DNA of 63,266 bases, counting the filler, from Myxococcota bacterium (GTDB lineage Bacteria > Myxococcota_C > UBA6777), in NCBI GenBank assembly GCA_023150835.1. It is 3 parts of 3 records of this genome, joined end to end, with 100 filler letters (N's around TTAATTAATTAA, not from the genome) between each part and the next. Parts side by side here need not be neighbours in the genome. Positions count along the whole stretch, not along the records: positions 46,341 to 63,266 come from JAKLKB010000174.1; 2 more parts are not named here. One strand, given 5' to 3'. The notes beneath the pieces are model-generated. The model was not told the DNA's origin and did not search any database. It was given only the letters and a program-made list of their open reading frames with translations. Below, piece after piece: positions 58,313 to 63,266 of the stretch (position 1 is the first letter of the stretch; every line of letters begins with the position of its first letter). The position numbers were made by a program, and so were the translations under genes.

Positions 58313-60703
58313 ATGACTTTCAACGAAGCCGATACCAGAGCCAAACTTATCGATCCTGCGATCTATCGACGCGGTTGGACGGAAGAGATGATCCGCCGTG
58401 AAGAAGCGGCTGGAATCATCGACGTCTACGAAGATGGGAGCGCAAAGCGCCGATCACGTGGACGCATCGATTATGTTCTCCGCGTAAAAGTGAACATGGA
58501 TACCCAACCCGTTGCTTTGGCGCTGCTCGAAGCCAAAAAAGAAAAGAAGCCACCCAATCATGGTCTCGAACAAGCCAAGAGCTACGCCTCTTGTCGGCGT
58601 CTTCACGTGCGTTTCGTCTTTTCTTCGAACGGTCATCTCTTTGTCGAATACGACTCCTTTACAGGACAGACCTCTGACCCAAAGCCCATGAGCGAGTTCC
58701 CTACGCCTGAACAATTGCGAGAGCGCTACGAACAGGGGATCGGCTTTGCCCTTACATCCAACGAGGCAAAGCCACTCCTTCAACCGTATACAGGCGGAGA
58801 AGGCGCACGGCGTTATTATCAGGACGCTGCGATACGCGCTGTCATGGAAAAGATCGCGCAGTGCCAAAACAAAAACTTGCCCAAGCGGGCGCTGCTATCC
58901 CTTGCCACAGGCGCAGGCAAAACCTTTATTGCCGTGCATCTTCTGAAACGTCTTGCTGATGCAGGCCAACTTCGCCGTGCTCTTTTCCTTTGCGACCGCG
59001 ACGAACTGCGTTCCCAAGCCCTCAAAGCCTTTCAGAATGTTTTTGGCTCCGATGCTGCCGAAGTCTTCCGAAAGCCCGACGGCACAAACAACGCCAAAAA
59101 CGCCCGTATCCACGTCGCCACCTATCAAACTCTTGGCGTCGAGAACGACAGCGCGCAAGCCAATCTCCTCACCGCCTTTTATCCCGAAGATTTTTTTACC
59201 CATATCGTCATCGACGAGTGCCACCGCTCGGCGTGGGGCAAGTGGTCGCAAGCGCTTACCCACAACAAAAACGCTGCCCACATCGGCTTGACTGCAACTC
59301 CTCGACAGCTCCGATCCGATGTCAATCACCCTGAAGCCTTGCAAGATCAAGAGATCACCGCAAACAATCACCGTTATTTTGGCGAACCTGTGTACGAGTA
59401 CGAGCTCGCCCAAGCCATCGAAGATGGTTATCTTGCGGCTTGCAAGCTCCAAAAAAGCACCGTGAACCTTGATGATACAGGGATCTCCAAGCAGGATATC
59501 CTTGCTCGCCATCCGACCGATGCCTTGACAGGGAAGCCCATCACCTCCACGCAACTCGATGAACTTTATAGCCGCTACCAGTACGAAGATCGCATCCTTC
59601 TCCCTGATCGCGTTTGGGCGATGTGTCAAGACCTCTTTCAACACCTTCTCCAAACGGGCGGCCCCGAACAAAAGACGATCATCTTTTGCACGCGAGACCG
59701 ACACGCCGATGATGTCGCCGCTCAGATGAATAACTTGTACGCTCTGTGGTGCAAAGAAAACGGCATCACCACGCCTTGCTCAACCTATGCCTTCAAGTGT
59801 ACTGCCGCTTCGAGTGGAAACGATCAGCTTCCCGACTTTCGCGCTTCTTCTCGGGGTTATTTTATCGCCACGACGGTCGATCTCTTGACCACAGGTGTCG
59901 ATGTCCCTTGTGTCCGCAATATCGTGTTTTTTCGTTATCTTCGTTCCCCCATTAGTTTTTATCAGATGGTTGGGCGCGGGACGCGCATCGATATCCCCAC
60001 GAACAAACTGATGTTTCATTTGTACGACTACACCAACGCCACACGTCTTTTTGGGCAGGACTTCGTCACTGCATCCCCTCGAAGTGTTCGGAACAATGGT
60101 TCTGATGCTGAGGCTTCGGAACTGTTGCTCAGGGAACCGACGATCCACGTGAGGGGCTTTGACGTTCACATCACCGATGCTGGGCGGTTTGTTGTGGCGC
60201 AGGTCGATGGCCGTGCCATGCCGATGTCTCTGGAAGAATACAGAGAGCGTCTTGCTGCACAACTCACGCAACAAGTCCCCAAGCTTACCGACTTTCGCGC
60301 ACGCTGGGTGGAGCCGATACGGAGGCGAGAACTTTTGGATGGCTTGGTTCTTTCAGGGTATTCACCCGAAGTCATCCGTATGGCGGACGACAGGCAAGAC
60401 TGCGATCTCTACGACGTGCTCGGCGAAGTTGGCTGGGGCATGAACCCGCGCACACGTTGCGACCGTTCGCTTGCTTTCATCTACAAAAACGAAGAATGGC
60501 TTGCCTCTTTGCCTCCCCAAGCAGCCGCGACCATCCGCGCTGTCGCCCAACAATTCGAACACGGTGGAACCGAAGCCTTGGAAAATCCAAAAATCTTTCA
60601 AACCCCTCCCATCCAAAGAGCAGGCGGTTTGTCTGCTCTCCAGTCTGCGGGAGAACCCGCTGTTCTCCTCGCTGAGGCCAAAACAAGGATGTTTGCTGCA
60701 TGA
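58313..60703 (+). CDS. hsdR: Type I restriction enzyme R subunit (EcoEI/EcoAI-like)
   Basis: NEADTRAKLIDP, IDYVL...LLEAK nuclease motif, RYYQ, LATGAGKT, IVIDECHRS, GLTATP, LLTTGVD and QMVGRGTR. Confidence 0.93.
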   Translation: MTFNEADTRAKLIDPAIYRRGWTEEMIRREEAAGIIDVYEDGSAKRRSRGRIDYVLRVKVNMDTQPVALALLEAKKEKKPPNHGLEQAKSYASCRRLHVRFVFSSNGHLFVEYDSFTGQTSDPKPMSEFPTPEQLRERYEQGIGFALTSNEAKPLLQPYTGGEGARRYYQDAAIRAVMEKIAQCQNKNLPKRALLSLATGAGKTFIAVHLLKRLADAGQLRRALFLCDRDELRSQALKAFQNVFGSDAAEVFRKPDGTNNAKNARIHVATYQTLGVENDSAQANLLTAFYPEDFFTHIVIDECHRSAWGKWSQALTHNKNAAHIGLTATPRQLRSDVNHPEALQDQEITANNHRYFGEPVYEYELAQAIEDGYLAACKLQKSTVNLDDTGISKQDILARHPTDALTGKPITSTQLDELYSRYQYEDRILLPDRVWAMCQDLFQHLLQTGGPEQKTIIFCTRDRHADDVAAQMNNLYALWCKENGITTPCSTYAFKCTAASSGNDQLPDFRASSRGYFIATTVDLLTTGVDVPCVRNIVFFRYLRSPISFYQMVGRGTRIDIPTNKLMFHLYDYTNATRLFGQDFVTASPRSVRNNGSDAEASELLLREPTIHVRGFDVHITDAGRFVVAQVDGRAMPMSLEEYRERLAAQLTQQVPKLTDFRARWVEPIRRRELLDGLVLSGYSPEVIRMADDRQDCDLYDVLGEVGWGMNPRTRCDRSLAFIYKNEEWLASLPPQAAATIRAVAQQFEHGGTEALENPKIFQTPPIQRAGGLSALQSAGEPAVLLAEAKTRMFAA

Positions 60704-61278
60704 ATTCACTTCCCCCAGAATCCAACAACCCTCACACAACCCGCCCCCTCCCCAAAGGCTGGCGCTGGGTCAAACTCGGTGAGATCTGTTTTTTTCATTA
60801 TGGTAACGCTTTGATTGAAAGCTCTCGGATTTTTGGTGATGTTCCTGTGTATGGTTCAAACGGAGTGATTGGTTTTCACTGTGCGCCGTTGACGCGCGGC
60901 CCAACGATTGTCGTTGGTCGAAAAGGCTCGATAGGTCGAATTCATTTCTCTTCTTCTCCCTGCTTCCCAATAGATACAACTTACTACATCGATACGACAC
61001 TCCTGCCAACCGATCTCCGATGGCTTTCCTATGCTCTCTCTAACTTGAACCTGCCCAATCTAAACAAAGCGAGTGGAGTTCCTGGTTTGAGTCGTGATGA
61101 GGCACACCGCCTTTCACTACCCCTTCCGCCGTTGGAGGAGCAAGAGCGGATCGCATCCATCCTGACGGAACAGATGGCGGCCATCGACAAGGCGCGTGCG
61201 GCAGCCCAAGAACAACTGGACACCCTTCAGGCACTACCTGCCGCGATCTTGCGGCAAGCCTTCAACGGAGAGCTTTAA
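60700..61278 (+). CDS. hsdS: Half-size type I specificity subunit (single TRD)
   Basis: LPKGWRWVKLGEIC, VPVYGSNG..GRKGSIG TRD, LPPLEEQERIA...ILRQAFNGEL; 192 aa; ATGA overlap with hsdR. Confidence 0.88.
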   Translation: MNSLPPESNNPHTTRPLPKGWRWVKLGEICFFHYGNALIESSRIFGDVPVYGSNGVIGFHCAPLTRGPTIVVGRKGSIGRIHFSSSPCFPIDTTYYIDTTLLPTDLRWLSYALSNLNLPNLNKASGVPGLSRDEAHRLSLPLPPLEEQERIASILTEQMAAIDKARAAAQEQLDTLQALPAAILRQAFNGEL

Positions 61279-61279
61279 G

Positions 61280-63079
61280 ATGGCAAAAGGCCGAAAGAAG
61301 ACAGAGACCGGCAAAGCGAACACCCGAAACGCCACCCCGAAACGTCACGCCACCCAACAATCTGTCAACCAAGCGGTGTGGAACATTTGCGACATCATGC
61401 GGCGGGGGAACTGTGCAGGGGCGATGCAGTATGTTCCCGAATTAACGTGGTTGCTTTTTCTGCGCGTCCTCGACGCGATGGAAAGAAATGAGGAACAAGA
61501 AGCAAAAGCCGTTGGTCAGTCCTATACCCCTTCGTTGGAAGCCCCTTTTCGTTGGCGTGATTGGGGGATGCCACCCGACAAATTGCCCGAAGGGCAAAGC
61601 AACAAACGCCAAGAACTTCAAGAGGGTGCGCTCAATTCTCTGTTCGACTTCATCCACACAAAACTGCTCCCACACCTCAAAACACTCAAAGACCTTCCCA
61701 GCGCCACCACCCGCCAAAAAGTCATCAGCGAGATCATGTCTGGCGTCGAACGCATCCGCATCGACACCGAACGCAACTTCCTTGATGTGTGCGACAAAGT
61801 ACACGAATTAAGCGATGATATCATCGACAATACCCATATTTTTATGCTCTCGCAGGTGTATGAGGGGTTGTTGCTCAAGATGGGGGAAAAAGGCAACGAC
61901 GGAGGCCAATTCTTCACGCCGCGTCAAGTCATCAAGGCGATGGTTCAGGTGATCGCGCCACAACTGGGAGAAACGGTGTATGATCCAAGCTGCGGGACAG
62001 GCGGCTTTTTGGCACAAAGCTTTCAGTACACAACCGAAACCTTCAGTGAAAAGCTCACAGGTGACGATCTCGATAGACTGAAACAAAGAACCTACTGGGG
62101 CCGAGAAAAAGAAAATCTGATCTATCCCATCGCACTTGCCAATCTCGTCTTGCACGGTATCGACAGGCCCAATCTTTGGCATGGAAATACGCTCACGGGA
62201 AATTCTGTGTATGATGGGTTGTTTGAGAGCGCCCCGCCGACTTTTGACGTGATCCTGAGCAACCCGCCTTTCGGTGGGAAGGAAGGGGAAGACGCGCAAA
62301 CAGACTTTGATTTTAAGAGCAGCGCAACGCAAGTTTTGTTTCTTCAACACATCCTGCGTTCTTTGCGTCAAGGTGGGCGTTGCGGCATCGTGCTCGACGA
62401 AGGTTTGTTGTTTCGCACCAACGAAGACGCTTTTGTACAAACCAAACGAAATCTCCTTGGCGAGTGCGACGTATGGTGCATCGTAAGCCTTCCGGGTGGA
62501 GTGTTTAACGCTGCGGGGGCGGGCGTCAAAACCAACTTGCTCTTTTTCACCAAGGGACAACCGACAAAAAAGATCTGGTATTACGACTTGTCAGGGATCA
62601 AAGTCGGCAAGAAGACACCGTTGACCCTCCAACACTTCGAGGATTTTTTTGCGCTGCTGGAGAAATGCGGCGAGAGCGAACAATCTTGGACGGTAGACTT
62701 TGAGGAGCGCAAACGTGTTGCTACAAAAGAAGCCAAGCCGTTTGAAGACGAGGCAGCGAACAAGAAACAGCAAGCGGCGCAGTGGAGCGAAGAGCGAAAG
62801 AAGCGAAAGAAGGCACTCAAGGATGCGCGTCCTGCGGAGGTGAAGGCCAAGGAAGCCGCGCTTGCAGAAGCCGAAACAAAGGTCAAAGAACTGGAGCGGG
62901 AGGCGCGTCTCGCGGAAGCCAAGGCCAAGGAGATCAAAGACGCAGTGTACGACCTGAAAGCCGTCAACCCCAATAAAAAGCAGATCGTGGATGAGCGCAC
63001 CCCGAAAGAACTGGTCGAGATCATCGAAGCAAAAGGCAAAGAGATCACCCAAGCCTTGGCCTCTTTGCGTTTGGTTTGA
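61280..63079 (+). CDS. hsdM: Type I RM methyltransferase M subunit
   Basis: VWNICDIMRR, GQFFTPR, YDPSCGTGGFL and SNPPF; charged coiled-coil insertion near the C-terminus. Confidence 0.93.
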   Translation: MAKGRKKTETGKANTRNATPKRHATQQSVNQAVWNICDIMRRGNCAGAMQYVPELTWLLFLRVLDAMERNEEQEAKAVGQSYTPSLEAPFRWRDWGMPPDKLPEGQSNKRQELQEGALNSLFDFIHTKLLPHLKTLKDLPSATTRQKVISEIMSGVERIRIDTERNFLDVCDKVHELSDDIIDNTHIFMLSQVYEGLLLKMGEKGNDGGQFFTPRQVIKAMVQVIAPQLGETVYDPSCGTGGFLAQSFQYTTETFSEKLTGDDLDRLKQRTYWGREKENLIYPIALANLVLHGIDRPNLWHGNTLTGNSVYDGLFESAPPTFDVILSNPPFGGKEGEDAQTDFDFKSSATQVLFLQHILRSLRQGGRCGIVLDEGLLFRTNEDAFVQTKRNLLGECDVWCIVSLPGGVFNAAGAGVKTNLLFFTKGQPTKKIWYYDLSGIKVGKKTPLTLQHFEDFFALLEKCGESEQSWTVDFEERKRVATKEAKPFEDEAANKKQQAAQWSEERKKRKKALKDARPAEVKAKEAALAEAETKVKELEREARLAEAKAKEIKDAVYDLKAVNPNKKQIVDERTPKELVEIIEAKGKEITQALASLRLV

Positions 63080-63135
63080 TCTCTCTTCTCCGTCAAGTTC
63101 CCCCTTATCATCTGTAAAAACCGCAATCAGCCAGA

Positions 63136-63266
63136 TCAAAGTGCTTTTTGGGAGAAGTGATCCTCGAAAAAGGCACTTCAAAGTGCTTTTTGGGAGAAGT
63201 GATCCTCGAAAAAGGCACTTCAAAGTGCTTTTTGGGAGAAGTGATCCTCGAAAAAGGCACTTCAAA
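63136..63266. repeat. 42-bp palindromic tandem repeat (3+ exact copies, runs off the window)
   Basis: tcaaagtgctttttgggagaagtgatcctcgaaaaaggcact at 63136, 63178 and 63220; internal stem AAGTGC-TTTTT / AAAAA-G-GCACTT. Confidence 0.92.

Noticed and set aside
63136-63266. Possible CRISPR array
   Set aside because: Exact head-to-tail 42-bp units with no unique spacers.
1-63266. tRNA, rRNA or riboswitch genes
   Set aside because: No recognisable cloverleaf, rRNA or riboswitch consensus was found by eye; an Infernal/Rfam scan would be needed to exclude them.

Overview
Three assembly segments (1-22144, 22245-46240, 46341-63266) joined by artificial N44-TTAATTAATTAA-N44 linkers. The organism is most likely a Myxococcota/deltaproteobacterial bacterium, judging by a MYXO-CTERM sorting signal, a CglF/GltF-like gliding peptide, a Cys-rich DDNCDG lipoprotein and a Ser/Thr kinase. 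Segment 1 carries clpS-clpA, an HD-hydrolase plus nucleotidyltransferase pair, a large Cys-rich lipoprotein and a histidine kinase (frameshifted at A9)-receiver-HD-GYP signalling operon. It also has a ~1480-aa internally duplicated beta-rich protein (frameshifted at a VNTR) followed by an Imm5-like gene. Segment 2 carries a ParB-domain gene, surface glycoside hydrolases, an aldose epimerase and an ECF sigma factor fused in frame to a CglF-like module. The best candidate for an undescribed system is also in segment 2: a 91-aa Gln-rich peptide, a hypothetical protein, and a translationally coupled trio of circularly permuted ATP-grasp ligase, stand-alone LanB-N (PEARL-type) enzyme and PLP alpha-oxoamine synthase. 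A second ATP-grasp gene lies beyond an AT-rich MvaI/BcnI-type RM module bracketed by IS4-family ends. Segment 3 carries a low-complexity GAF-like protein, an M20 amidohydrolase, a kinase/LysR divergon, an acyltransferase, an epimerase and a type I RM locus (hsdR-hsdS-hsdM) with a half-size, single-TRD HsdS. Intergenic DNA is dominated by three interleaved families of hairpin/REP/MITE-like repeats, and many genes contain in-frame tandem repeat expansions. No rRNA, tRNA or CRISPR array was seen. All family assignments are from motif recognition by eye, not database searches.
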